From: Minutocellus sp. GHC0000111 | Taxonomy: Eukaryota | Direction of reading: 5' to 3' | DNA: 64,000 bases | Assembly (NCBI GenBank): GCA_977018835.1 | Contig: OZ361260.1 | Span: forward strand, 3,906,001 to 3,970,000 | In this document: positions 33,396 through 44,863 of the stretch, piece by piece | How the letters are laid out: each line of letters starts with the position of its first letter | Numbering within the stretch: position 1 is the stretch's first letter | The notes under the pieces: model-generated | The model's input: only the letters and a program-made list of their open reading frames with translations | Database searches by the model: none | Told to the model about the DNA's origin: nothing | Program-made: the position numbers and the translations under genes

Positions 33396-35180
33396 ATGCC
33401 ACGAGGTACCAAAAAGAAGCGCTCATCAATAGACGAGGACGTAGTTTATGCTGGAACAGGTTACGAAGAGCCGGGGGAGAACGAGAAGAGAAGGAGCCGC
33501 CGAATCAACAAGCCCACGGCTTGCCCCAAACGGAAGAAATCAAAGGTAATGCCAAAACGAGAGGAAGAGGACATCATCGGTGGTGAATTGATCTGCCCGC
33601 ATCCCGAATGTAAAAACAAGATCCATATCTCCGAGCGCGGGTGCAACATCACGACTTGCACCAATATATATGCTCACGGCGGACGCTTCTTCTACTTTTG
33701 CTGCCATTGCAAGACCAGGTGCCCTAAGCATATTTCAAGTTGCAAGTGTGAACAGAAAGCTGACGTCGACTCTCGGAAGAAGGAACAGAACAACAGAAAC
33801 AAGAGGGCGGAATTGAACCCAATCTATCTGACCGATGATGACGACGACGATACGATGATCGATCGCAAGCCATCCGGCGAGGATGGTGTTGATCTAGAGG
33901 GCCTTTCCAACGAGCTTAAACATGATAGCGACGATGGAAGTACCACGTCCGGTCGTTCGTCATTCTCTGGCACTCCAAGCCTAACCTCCACTCTTCCTTC
34001 TTCGTCTCTGCCCACCGATGATGAGACCGACGAAGATGCCCTCAGCCCCCCAGCCAAATCTGACATCGGATCGCAGATCCACGTGAGAAACAGCGATGGT
34101 TCCGATGCAGGGATCGATCGAAAGTCATCTGACGACGCTGACCCCGAGCCACAATACCTATCCCACGAGCTTGACACTAGGCGAGGTGTAGGAACTATCC
34201 CACCCCGCCGTTCCTCATTCTCTGGTACCCCAGACCTTCCTTCTAATCTTCCTTATTCATACCCGCCCACCGACGATGACACCCTCTTCGTAGGCAGCGC
34301 TGAGAACTTTGTAGCTGGCGGAATAGAGTACGGTGCCACCGACAACCAAGCACACCCCAATAATACTGTGAGTATGGACACCGGCACACTTTGTCTGGAC
34401 AAGAGCACATCAGAAGGTGCGTCCTCTGGCGATGAATCTAACGGCACTGATAGCAGCCCCATTACTGACGATCAGTCGCCTCAGCTGCGAGAAGTGCAAA
34501 ACGATGACAATTTTGGAGGCATAGGCCTAGCTGAGGTTTCGACTGACACGATCAATCAAGACGATGGTGGTGACAACTTTCCACCTCCGCCGCCTCTTCC
34601 GGGCCAAGTTGTCGAAGCCCGAAGTTTATCGATCACACCCAAGGATATCGGTTGTGGTAGCAAGATTGTCGAGGTGGACGAGGCGCACGATGAAGCATTG
34701 AGCGTTGTATCGGGTGGGAATAGGACAAAGAATGAATGCAAATGGTATGCGTGGTATCGGCATTTGATTGACTACAAGGAAAAGCACAGCGATTGCCTTG
34801 TGTCTACAATTAACGAGAAGTACAAGAAGCTTGGATTGTGGGTGAAGTTTCAGCGCCAGCAGTATCACCTTTTGAGACAGGGGAAGAAAGCAAAAATAAC
34901 GGAGGAGCGGATTGCCAAGCTAGAGGAGATAGGATTTGTCTGGAATGCTCTGGAGGCAGCTTGGGAATCCATGTTCAGCGCGCTGATTGAGTACAAAGAG
35001 GAACACGGCGATTGCCTTGTGGCTCAAAATGACGAGAAGTACAAGAAGCTTGTGTCATGGGTGAACCAACAGCGCCGGCAGTATCGCCTATTGCAGGATG
35101 GCAAGAAATCACAGATAACGGAGGAGCGGGTTGTCAAGCTGGAGAAGATTGGATTTTGTTGGTCCATGAGAGATTGCTAG
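33396..35180 (+). CDS. Helicase-associated (HA) domain protein with N-terminal Cys/His finger
   Basis: Two HA repeats W..(Y/F)..L..YK..H.DCLV....KL..WV..QR.QY....ITEER..KLE.IGF.W; IBR/Rcat-like CPHPEC..GCNITTC..H..FCCHC. Confidence 0.8.
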   Translation: MPRGTKKKRSSIDEDVVYAGTGYEEPGENEKRRSRRINKPTACPKRKKSKVMPKREEEDIIGGELICPHPECKNKIHISERGCNITTCTNIYAHGGRFFYFCCHCKTRCPKHISSCKCEQKADVDSRKKEQNNRNKRAELNPIYLTDDDDDDTMIDRKPSGEDGVDLEGLSNELKHDSDDGSTTSGRSSFSGTPSLTSTLPSSSLPTDDETDEDALSPPAKSDIGSQIHVRNSDGSDAGIDRKSSDDADPEPQYLSHELDTRRGVGTIPPRRSSFSGTPDLPSNLPYSYPPTDDDTLFVGSAENFVAGGIEYGATDNQAHPNNTVSMDTGTLCLDKSTSEGASSGDESNGTDSSPITDDQSPQLREVQNDDNFGGIGLAEVSTDTINQDDGGDNFPPPPPLPGQVVEARSLSITPKDIGCGSKIVEVDEAHDEALSVVSGGNRTKNECKWYAWYRHLIDYKEKHSDCLVSTINEKYKKLGLWVKFQRQQYHLLRQGKKAKITEERIAKLEEIGFVWNALEAAWESMFSALIEYKEEHGDCLVAQNDEKYKKLVSWVNQQRRQYRLLQDGKKSQITEERVVKLEKIGFCWSMRDC

Positions 35181-35474
35181 TCTAATTCTTGTGTCTTTGC
35201 ATTGCGGTCCAGATAGAAACTAAATATAGAAATGTTCGCACACATTTATGTAGTTTTGAGCGAGAGATGTGTTCTCGCTCATAACACAATGATCGTTACG
35301 TTTACAACCTGCTGCTGCCACCGCCACACACCGCGCCATGCGGCGTGATGGCTTTCTGGCTTGATAAGATGTCCAAGCAAGCTCTGCTGTATCAAAAATA
35401 ATCGCCATCCCGTAGATGATTCCCAACCGATTCCATTCTCACACAATACCGACGAACATAACTTGCCATTAATC

Positions 35475-36522
35475 TTACAGAATGATGCACTGCTGCAGGT
35501 TGCACTCGTCCGAGGGGGCGTTGGCACTCTTGCCGAGGAGATTCACCGGCTTCTCCTCTTCGACCTCTTCCACAACCTCCGCCTCGGCCTCGACAGCCTC
35601 CATGACATTGTTGGCTACAGTACCAGCAGAATCCATCTCCATACTCTCGGCGGTACCGACGGTCACATCGGCGGTATCGGCCGAGGGCGCCTCCTCGATG
35701 CTGGGCATCTCCTCCACGGGCTCCTCAACAACCTTGACCTTCTTGGTCTTCTTGGCGTTGGGCGAAAAGAGCGAGGCCATACCTCCACCGGTACCATTGC
35801 CGCTGGACCGAGGAGAGAACATGCGAATGACGGCGGTCATCTTGCCCTCCTTCTGATCGGTGGCAGCGGCATCGAGCTGAAGCTTCTTGGAGGAGGCGGC
35901 GGCATTCTTGCGCCGCTTTTGGTTCTGACGGCGCTTCTTGTTGGACTTGGCCTTGGACTGGACGCGCTGAGCCATGAGGATGTCCTGGGCGTTGAGGTTG
36001 GCGTCGGCGGCGATGGTGGTCTTCTTCGTCTGCGCGCAGAATGATGGTGATAATAATGTGGTTTGGCGATTGCGATGGTGGCGACCGAACACGAGTCGAG
36101 GGGCAATAGGTAGCGATTCGAGAGAGAGAGGGAGCACATTTCGTTAGAATATATGGAGAAAAGTAGCGATATTTCGATATCGAACCGGTGAGAGATGCAG
36201 CAATCACAACGCCGATGCCCTCCACGCACTCAGCAAATTGTTTGGACGCGACGTCCACGGACCGAATGATGCCCACCGGCAGCCACCGTTGCTCCCCGGC
36301 AAGCTTTCACATCTTAGCGATGAATCCAATCCTCGCTCAAAAAGTCAAAGTAGACAATCGGCAGGCAGAATGGCTCCTTGGAGGAGTCGACTCCAATGCC
36401 ATTCCAATGTAAGTGGCGATCATATGCGCACGACACCACCGAACGATCATACGCACCTTGGTCTGGGCGACCTTGGCGGCGGGCGCCTCGGCGGCGGTGG
36501 GCATGGTGGCGACGGTCGTCAT
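35475..36522 (-). CDS. Low-complexity basic/acidic protein with C-terminal CAAX (CIIL)
   Basis: Exons 36522-36457 and 36029-35475 join in phase 0 across a GT-AG intron; GC3-rich codons; ends QQCIIL*. Confidence 0.65.
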
Positions 36523-36738
36523 GGTTGCGCTTGGCTCTGATTTACTGGTTAGTTTTGAGATGTGCGAGATTTTGAGATTTCGAGGTCTGTGCCAAAAAGA
36601 AAATCGCAGGTACTTTCGCCTGTCCAAACGTCCGTCCTTCAACCGTCAAACGCTGCCAACTCAAAACGTCGCAAGATGACAAGATAGATCTATCAACCTC
36701 TCCCACTCCACCCCAAACCAGCAATCAATATAGTAGTC

Positions 36739-37251
36739 ATGAAGCCCATCTCAATAATATCCATCGTCTCTTCGATACTCTACCTTCTTAGCGTGGCGAC
36801 GCATGCGTTCGTTTCGCCGAGCATCTCCTCCATATCACACCGGCAGCACCTCCACCCCCAACAACGTCATCCACAAGCCCTGGCGGCCGTCACCGAAGAA
36901 CAAGTCATCCAGCAGGTCGACAGGGCGGAGGAGGCATGGGCCCAGGCCCTCGAGGCTCGGAAAGAGGCCAACGCCCTGAGCGATCGCGCGGAGGAAAACG
37001 CCGAGGCAGCCGCCGAGGTGGCCAGGGAGGCCGACGCCGCCATGAAGGAGGGCGCCATCTCCCTCGAGAAGATTGCCAAGGCCGATCAGGCCACCAGCAG
37101 CAATTTGGATGCCAGCAGTATATTGTCCAGAGCGCTGCAGGCCGCCGAGGAGGCCGACAGATTGGAGGAGATCGCCGAGGAGGCCTTGGCCAAGAGCGAG
37201 GAGATGTTGGAGCAGCATTTGGTCGACTTTCCGGACTCTCCCCTGGCGTAG
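36739..37251 (+). CDS. Plastid-targeted Ala/Glu-rich helical protein
   Basis: Signal peptide + THA-FVSP bipartite motif, then an all-helical body. Confidence 0.7.
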   Translation: MKPISIISIVSSILYLLSVATHAFVSPSISSISHRQHLHPQQRHPQALAAVTEEQVIQQVDRAEEAWAQALEARKEANALSDRAEENAEAAAEVAREADAAMKEGAISLEKIAKADQATSSNLDASSILSRALQAAEEADRLEEIAEEALAKSEEMLEQHLVDFPDSPLA

Positions 37252-37887
37252 ATACAATTAGATAGGTAACATGTATGAAAGGCAGGGGCATTCATCATCA
37301 ACTGATGGGAAATACATATCAGTGATCCAGTCATGTATGTATGTGTAAAAAATGACTAGTAAGTTTGCTTAGGAATGGCAATAATGAGAGAGCTTCGTAT
37401 GAGCGGTGTTGGGACGAGTAGATGGCCGCTTTCTTTCTGAACGAGATATGGATAGTCGAATGAGGAACTGTGCTGTGCTGTGCTTTTGTGTTTTGGATCA
37501 GCGGAGGCTACTGCGCAGGAGATGCAACCACCACGCACGAGATATCGGTCGGCATCGCCACAGGTACGTAAGCTCGGAGCCTCGCTCGATGTACTCGATG
37601 CGAGCGAATCTCAGCCTTAGTTCGATTACAGACGAGGAGAGTTGTAGGAACTCCTACCGGTACTAGAGTAGCAGGAGTACTAGCTAATCTTCCAGTAGTG
37701 CTGGTATTATCGAAGATTGCAAGCTGCGCTGGGTTGCATAGATGGCATTTGTGAGAGTGTAAAACGGCGGCGGCAATTCCTCTTACAGATAATGGTATTG
37801 ATTAAATTTACTTTATCTCTAATCTGTTATACATGTATCTATGACTACTGAGCGCATTTAGCGAGCAGGCCTTTTAGAAGTGCCTAC

Positions 37888-38382
37888 TTATTCTTGTCTT
37901 GTCTGTTCTGACCGAGGTCGTCGTCGACCTCGTCGTACGGGACGCTGCTCTCGAATGGCCATCTGCTTCTCTTGCCATTTCGGGTTGAGCACGATCATGC
38001 CATCCACGTCGATGAATCGGTCATCAAAGAATGGATGGGATTCCTTGGCGTTGGAGCCGTAGATGATGTTGCGTCTGGCGATGCTTTCGTCGTCGCGTTT
38101 AATCTCGTCGTTCAATGATTCGAAGATTGGTTCCAGTATCGAGGCAAGAATTGGCCGTCTTGTCTTGGAGGGGACTCGCGTCGCCTGCTGGTTGCATGGT
38201 TTGTTTGTTCTCGACGCTTCGTCATCGGTGAGCGTTGAGGACGACAGGTCTAAGATCTCGCTTTGGGTGGCAGCGGTCGTTGTTGCAGCACTCGCCGCGT
38301 CGCTGTTCTCTTTGTCAACGCGAAGAGGGGCGTCCGTGCTGCCATCTTCGAAATGATTGGGTGAGCCAATTATTTGCCACAT
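37888..38382 (-). CDS. Hypothetical protein
   Basis: 164-aa ATG ORF, no recognisable motif. Confidence 0.35.
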   Translation of the reverse strand: MWQIIGSPNHFEDGSTDAPLRVDKENSDAASAATTTAATQSEILDLSSSTLTDDEASRTNKPCNQQATRVPSKTRRPILASILEPIFESLNDEIKRDDESIARRNIIYGSNAKESHPFFDDRFIDVDGMIVLNPKWQEKQMAIREQRPVRRGRRRPRSEQTRQE

Positions 38383-39588
38383 GTTGCACCGAGTTGTGTG
38401 AGAGAGGATATTGCGAAAGTGAAGTCGATTGTATTGCTTTGACGAAATGCTCGATTTGTGAGCTTGACGTTACACGAGATAGTGCGCGAGGCTATAAGAC
38501 ACACAAGCCAGGTCGGAGAAACCGGAAGAACTTTGATTTTCTACTTTTTTACTGGCTACTCTTTGACTGTGGACAATGTGCATGCCGATTTTGCATGCAC
38601 ACAATACTAGCTAGTAGCGACAAGCAAGGCATGTTGCAATGTTGCCTTTTGGCCTCTCTTTTACGACCGCGACGAAGCGATGTTGTGTGTGTTCGAATCA
38701 TAGGCGATGTTGCGCAAGTTCATGACGTTCAAGCACGTATAAAATCTGTCTCAGAAAGTGCACAAGAAAGCCACACATGAGCCCTCGGACAATCGGATAA
38801 ATCATCACCTTTCCAAACACCTTTCCAACTACTCGTACTCCTGAAAGTAATTATGCATGGTTGTGTCGACGTGGAAGCAGATGGAGTCTGAAATGGGACT
38901 GCTGATGTGCTTGTGTGGAATGCTTGTGTGCTTGTGTGGTACCCGCGTTTTGCTCTTTCTACGCAGCAGCAGGAAAGGCACTAAGGTCAACCTCTCACTT
39001 TTCACACAAAGCGAAGGCAGAAGACATTGCATTCCAATTATCTCATCCATTCAACAATTAAAAGTAAAGCAGGAACCAAAATGTGCGCCCCGACATCATC
39101 CATCGCCTCTACCAACACGAACACCACTACCAGCAGGAATTCTCTTTGTCCATTGCGCACTCGAGGCTCATGTCAGCGATCGAGACCTACACAACAACAA
39201 TCACTTCTGAAAACATCACTATTTTCACAGCTCCCAGCCACAGCGAGAGAACCAATATTGGCAGCGAAAAGCGAAGAGAGCGACGCCGTCGTGCTCGCCG
39301 TGTCGGTAACGTCCGGCCAGACTCTTCCGGTCGAATTGGCAGCAAGGAGTGCCACATCTTTGCCTTTGCCGAGCAGCTCGAAGAGAGGGTCGCAATGGCT
39401 TAGGCCTCAAAAAATGCCTACAAGCTACAACGAAAACGAACGAACAATGAAACCACGCAAAGATAAAATTAGACCGAACCGACTTACAACGAACGCATAA
39501 ATTTAGCTCCTACTTATAAATCATCAATGCTAGCTAAGTAGTTAGATCTTCAAATCAAGTCAAGTACGCGTAGTTAGTTTGGCCCTTA

Positions 39589-40980
39589 TTACGACTGCTG
39601 GCACTGCACATTGCCGCCACCCTCCTCGTCATCGCTATCGTATGCTCGATTACCCCCTTGCTCGGCGCCGCCCTTGCCAAAGTTCTTGACATCAGCGGCG
39701 CTCATGTGGAGCTCCTCAACCTCCTCAGCATCGTATTCCACCTCCATATCAGGATTGGGTAAGATCGATCTGAGAGTGGCGATGACCTCCGGTCCCAAAT
39801 CTCCATCGTCGGGGAATATAACCTTGAAAATAGAATATAAAGATTGCCCTTGACAAAGGGATTGCCTCGACTGGGCATACCTTCGTTGGGTACCATCTTG
39901 ACATAGGGCATATTGTTGAGGGTCTCGGGCTTGATCACCTCACCTGGACGGGTCTTGATGACAATCTTACGTCCATCCAAATGCGTAATATGATGGGCAA
40001 AACCACAAAGAGCCTGGCTGAGCGATAGCTCCTTGGTCACCAGAAGATCGGCGCCCTTGCGCTTGAATGTGTCGTGCTCCTTCTCTTGCACAATGAAGTT
40101 GATATCTCCAGTCTCCATCTTGGGGATCTCATCCGCCATCCCCTTGAAAGAAATTCGTTGATTGTGATGAGCACCGGGCTCAATGTGCACTTCCAATACC
40201 TTGCGCTCCGACTTGGCCTCGGCCTTGCTTCCACGGCCATTGCATTCCTCACACGGCCGCTGGAGCTGCTGGATCATGCCCGGTCCAATCTGCCTCATTT
40301 CCATTTTGGACCCTTGTCCATCGCATTTGGCGCAGTCGGTTACCTCTCCAACAATCACCTTGCGATTGACGGCAAGCTTTACGGTTTTGCCCTTGTACAA
40401 ATCTTCCAGAGACACTTTGAGGGGATGGTTTACACTGGGACCCTTGCGAGGTCCCGAGGGTCCGCGACGCGAACCCCCACCAAAGAACATGGAGAAGAGA
40501 TCCTCGCCGTGCATGTTGCCCGGATGGCCGTCGTCTGACACGCCATCCAGACCATACTTGTCGTATGCCTCCCGCTTGTCGGGATCGGATAGAATTTCGT
40601 CTGCAGTATTGGAAGGAGTGGGGTTTGAAAGAAGCATATCGATGAGAACCAGCGCAAAACGAATTCATAATTGTAGAGGAAAAGATAGATGGGCACAACA
40701 AGATACAAAGAAGACGGAAGCATCACTTGGACAACCAAAACTTACAGGCAGCATTGATCTCCTTGAACTTGTGTTCATCACCGCCCTTGTCGGGATGGTG
40801 TACACGAGAGAGTCTACGGTAGGCCTTCTTGATCTCCTTCTGGTCGGCCTCCTTGTCAACCTCAAGCGTTTCGTAAAGCTTGGTCGTGTCGACGTCCTTG
40901 GATGGTCCGCCCATCCCGCCCATTCCGCCGGGCATCCCTCCGCCGCCGGCGAACGCTTCAAAGGGAATTCCTCCGAATAT
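39589..40980 (-). CDS. Type-I DnaJ/Hsp40 (DNAJA/Ydj1-like); ATA at expected start and a frameshift as assembled
   Basis: Exons 40980-40746, 40600-39589. J-domain HPDKGG, G/F region, two CxxCxGxG, GNLYILF(K)VIFP split by a frameshift at 39830-39827, CAAX CQQS. Confidence 0.9.
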
Positions 40981-41227
40981 GATTTACTTATTGGCTTCTT
41001 CGATTGAGTGATTGGCTATGCCTCGTGGGTTCTGCTGAACAATTTGTGATGGTTCGATGGCGGGCGACTGACTGCCTCGTCCAAGACGTGCTCGCTGCTC
41101 CTGTATCTCGATCGGAATCTTTGCGGCTGGCTATTTGTTTGCATACGTCTCCCGTCGTCGCATCTCAAAAATGCCTGCAGACCCAAGTTTCGCACAGGAA
41201 GAATGAGCCTTTCTACGACATGTAACC

Positions 41228-42514
41228 ATGACGACCTGCTCTTCCCTCCTGACGCTCGCGTTGTTGCTGCCATCGGCGCATGGTTTCCTCACTGCCGACA
41301 CACGCAATGGTAAATTACCGCATGCGATAACACCGGCCAGAACCGCCGCATCACAAAGCAACGCATGCCCATCAATCGATCAACACAAAAGGCCACCACC
41401 ACAACTCGATACGTCATCGTTCTCCACTACATTTGATGCTGCCGATGATACCGCAGCTGTCGACACATACACCCCGCCAAACCTCTCGGGAAAGGTGGCC
41501 ATAGTCACAGGAGCTTCTCGAGGCATCGGCAAAGGAATTGCTTTGGAACTAGGCAAGGCCGGTATGAAGGTCTATGTGACCGGCAGATCCTCGCGCGCCA
41601 CGGGGGTTTCGACCGAACGCGATTTGGGACCCGCCAATACCGATGCCACCGTCGACAGGACGGCCGAGGAGATCAATGAACTGCCAGGAAGTGGTGAGGG
41701 CATAGCCGTTCAGATGGATGTGTCGAATGATGAGGAGGTGGCTGCGCTGGTGGCCAAGGTTCAATCCGAGCAGGGACGTCTCGATGCCGTTGTTTGCTCA
41801 GCCTTTACCACACCGCCGGAGCTCAATGATGCCTCCTTTCGGGATGATTTCTGGAAGCAGGGCGCGGAAATGTGGGATGCCTGCCACGGCGTTGGTTTGC
41901 GCGGTGCCTACATGACGTGCTGCGAGAGTGTGCCGCTGATGATTGATACGGCAGAGCAAAACAAGGATAGCCGACCACTCTTGGTCATCATTTCGTCGTT
42001 TGGTGGAAAGTCGTACACATTCAATGTGGCATATGGTGTTGGCAAGGCGGGTGCCGATAGGTTGGCGTCAGATATGGCCATTCAGCTTGAAAAGCACAAT
42101 ATCGATACGGTTGCACTCTACCCAGGCGTGGTCCGCACGGAAGGCAATGTGGAGATGGACCGACGAGGGGAATGGGATAAAGCCAGTGGTGGTCTAGATC
42201 TTAGCATGGGAGAGAGCCCACAATTCTCGGGTCGAGCTGTAGCGACGCTTTTGGCTGATCCTGCCTCTATGAAGGAACAATCGGGCGATGTGGTGGTCGT
42301 GGCCGAAATGGCTCAAGAGAGGGGCTTCACCGATATCGATGGCACCAATCCTCCGTCGATACGCAACCTGCGATTCATTCTACCAAGCTTCGTGTTTCCA
42401 CAGATTGAGAAGGAAAGTGGAGCGACCTTGCCGTCATGGATCAAGGATAATGTGCCCGATTTTCTACTGCCGTGGTCTATATTTACGAGCGGGCCACCTC
42501 CTACTGCAGACTAG
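41228..42514 (+). CDS. Short-chain dehydrogenase/reductase (DHRS1-like), probably plastid-targeted
   Basis: TGASRGIG, ISS, YGVGK catalytic motif, PGVVRTE, GESPQFSGRAV; leader SAHG-FL. Confidence 0.88.
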   Translation: MTTCSSLLTLALLLPSAHGFLTADTRNGKLPHAITPARTAASQSNACPSIDQHKRPPPQLDTSSFSTTFDAADDTAAVDTYTPPNLSGKVAIVTGASRGIGKGIALELGKAGMKVYVTGRSSRATGVSTERDLGPANTDATVDRTAEEINELPGSGEGIAVQMDVSNDEEVAALVAKVQSEQGRLDAVVCSAFTTPPELNDASFRDDFWKQGAEMWDACHGVGLRGAYMTCCESVPLMIDTAEQNKDSRPLLVIISSFGGKSYTFNVAYGVGKAGADRLASDMAIQLEKHNIDTVALYPGVVRTEGNVEMDRRGEWDKASGGLDLSMGESPQFSGRAVATLLADPASMKEQSGDVVVVAEMAQERGFTDIDGTNPPSIRNLRFILPSFVFPQIEKESGATLPSWIKDNVPDFLLPWSIFTSGPPPTAD

Positions 42515-42628
42515 ATCTAAATACAGACCTAAGTACAGGTTGAAACATCGCTTCTACATGTAAATCTATCGGTCTAATCACAAGTCCGGATCATTGTCCC
42601 CATGATCCAAGCGAAAGATCCGAGTTAG

Positions 42629-43936
42629 TCAAATCTTGAGTTGCTTCCCTTGTCGTCTATAGAGGATGTTCCGCACGACATCGTCAAATCCCACTTTCGG
42701 CTCCCCTTTGAGTTCTCCAGCATCGCCAAAGAGCCTCGTCTTGAGGGACATGGAACTGGTGAACAGGGTAAAGATGGGACTTCTCGTCATTCGTTGGGTC
42801 CAGTCCGATCTGGAGAAGACAATCGGACCGGCCGCACGGACGACATCTTCGCGTTCAAGAGTATTGGGCCACAGCTGGGGCATGGTGACGCCCGGAACAG
42901 GATGCTGCGGTGGACCAGTAACGATGCCATCGTCCTTCTCGTCATGAACGTAGTCGACCGAGTTGCGAACAAAACGCAGCTGGTAGGCACGGCGGAGCAG
43001 TCCTTCGGTGTTGATGCCTGAGGCAGCATGGACGGTGCACTGGTCGAAGACGATGACATCTCCAAGTTCCAGCTCTGGTGCGTAGTAATCAGTCTTGTCC
43101 AGCGATCGAAGCCACTTACGGAAGGGGAACAGGGACCTTGCCTGGGCAGGATCATCGGCAAATTCCTCCTCCATCATCTGAGAGGTTCCATTGAGGAAGA
43201 TCATGCCGCTCTTGGTCTCGTAGGACTTTTCCAACGGGATCCAGAAAACGAGTCCATCTCGGCATCCGACTTCCTCCCGCGTCTTCAGAGCCTTTTGGAA
43301 GGCAAGGTAGTCGGAATGCCATCTTCTTGGCAAGTTGATGCCTCTGTAGGATAATATGTATTTAAAGCGAAAGTAGTGAGATGGAAATATCCTTTGACAC
43401 CACATAGCACAAACGAGCAATCGATGGACGATAAGCCAAAGCATCTGCTGAAACTTGCAAACTCACGCCATGAAGACAAAGGCCAACGATCGAAGGGGTT
43501 CGTCCTCCTCAACGCCAATGAGCTGGGCGGCCACATGCGTCAAAGGACTTGTGTACGACACATCCCTCAAGAAGTCATGGACCAACGATGCCCTTCCGCA
43601 GTAGCGCTCGTATCCATGAAAGATGGGCGGGGACGTATATTTGGTCATCTCACAGTGCCTCACGGGCGTGTCCATCATGTCCTCTCCGGCCACTATCAGC
43701 TTCTCGACGAGATCGGCCGGCATGACATTTCGCAGAACCAGCAGTCCATCGCGACGGAAGGCATCGATGTCGTCCTGAGGCAGGTCGTATCTTGGCGGTG
43801 TAAAGGGTGAGGCCGGATGAGGCGAGGTGTGCTCTGTGTAATTGTACACAATTGGTGCCACCAGAGCGCCGCACAACAAGGTAACGATGGCGGCCGTGGA
43901 GGCGAGGATGGTTGACAGGAGAGAAGTTGATGACAT
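42629..43936 (-). CDS. PhyH-like Fe(II)/2-oxoglutarate dioxygenase, N-terminally anchored
   Basis: Exons 43936-43467, 43343-42629. FRRDGLLVLRNV, WHSD (HxD), FWIPL, GDVIVFD..TVH.S, RRAYQLRF. Confidence 0.8.
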
Positions 43937-44586
43937 GATGGTGCTTTGTGAACAAGTGAGTTTTGACCTACCGAAAATTAAATGAGATTTCAAGATGCAA
44001 ACGTTTGGTTCAAATTTCGAATGACAGGAGGATCGCTACGTAGTAGCTGACTCGTGGCTCTTGGTTTGTGGTCAGGGGCAGGCTTTGTTCTTCTTGCTTC
44101 TAGAAGCTAGAATCTACTTCTCCGGCCAGTGATTTTTGTCCCTTGTGTTGGGGTCGAGAGAGGCGGAAATATCTGGGAGAGCGAGAAATAATCGTGCGTG
44201 GCGATTGTCAACCGATAGAGGAAGAGAAGAGACGAAGAGAAACAGAGATTTTATCCGTTTGGCAAGAGATGTATGCAATAGACGAAGTCTTCGCCTTCGT
44301 ACTGAGTTCAAGTGTGAGTGTTTGGTCACCAATCTGCTGTGCGGCGGCGCTGAAATTGTTCCGCCGGCTTGCGTGCACGCGCTTTGGTGCCGCGCTTTTT
44401 GCAGCCACCCTAAATGTTGTTGTGCTTGTGCTGTTTCTGAAATTGTGTCTAAAAGCCTACAAAATACATCATCTAGAAACCTTATCACTGGTGGGAACAA
44501 GGAATGGGAACAAGAAATGATCGTTTTGATTGTCTCGAGGGACAGGCTCTTTCTGATCAAGGTCCCGTTATTTCTCACTTGTGTGT

Positions 44587-44637
44587 TTCGACTAGCTCGA
44601 CTCACTCAGCGAGGATGAATTCGACTAGCTCGACTCA
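44587..44637. repeat. 18-bp direct repeat in intergenic region
   Basis: TTCGACTAGCTCGACTCA x2, about 230 bp upstream of the LRV-repeat gene. Confidence 0.7.
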
Positions 44638-44863
44638 ACGAAAAACGAAACTCCGTCATTCCTGAACAGAATTGATCTGAAGCACGAGCGAGAGAAGCCT
44701 CGAGCTGCTGCTGCAGATCGGAGCAAGCAGCGAAGTCGCCTGCCAGCTCTTTTGATCAATCAACCAATTTGACTGCTTGCTTTGTTGCATGATAACCTGA
44801 GCTTTGGAAGAGGAAACTGAAATTGTCTCTCCCGGCCGCCACATAATTGCTGTCATATCTTCG

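Noticed and set aside
38400..39500. Short ORFs between the hypothetical gene and DnaJ
   Set aside because: No motifs, codon bias or consistent splice pattern
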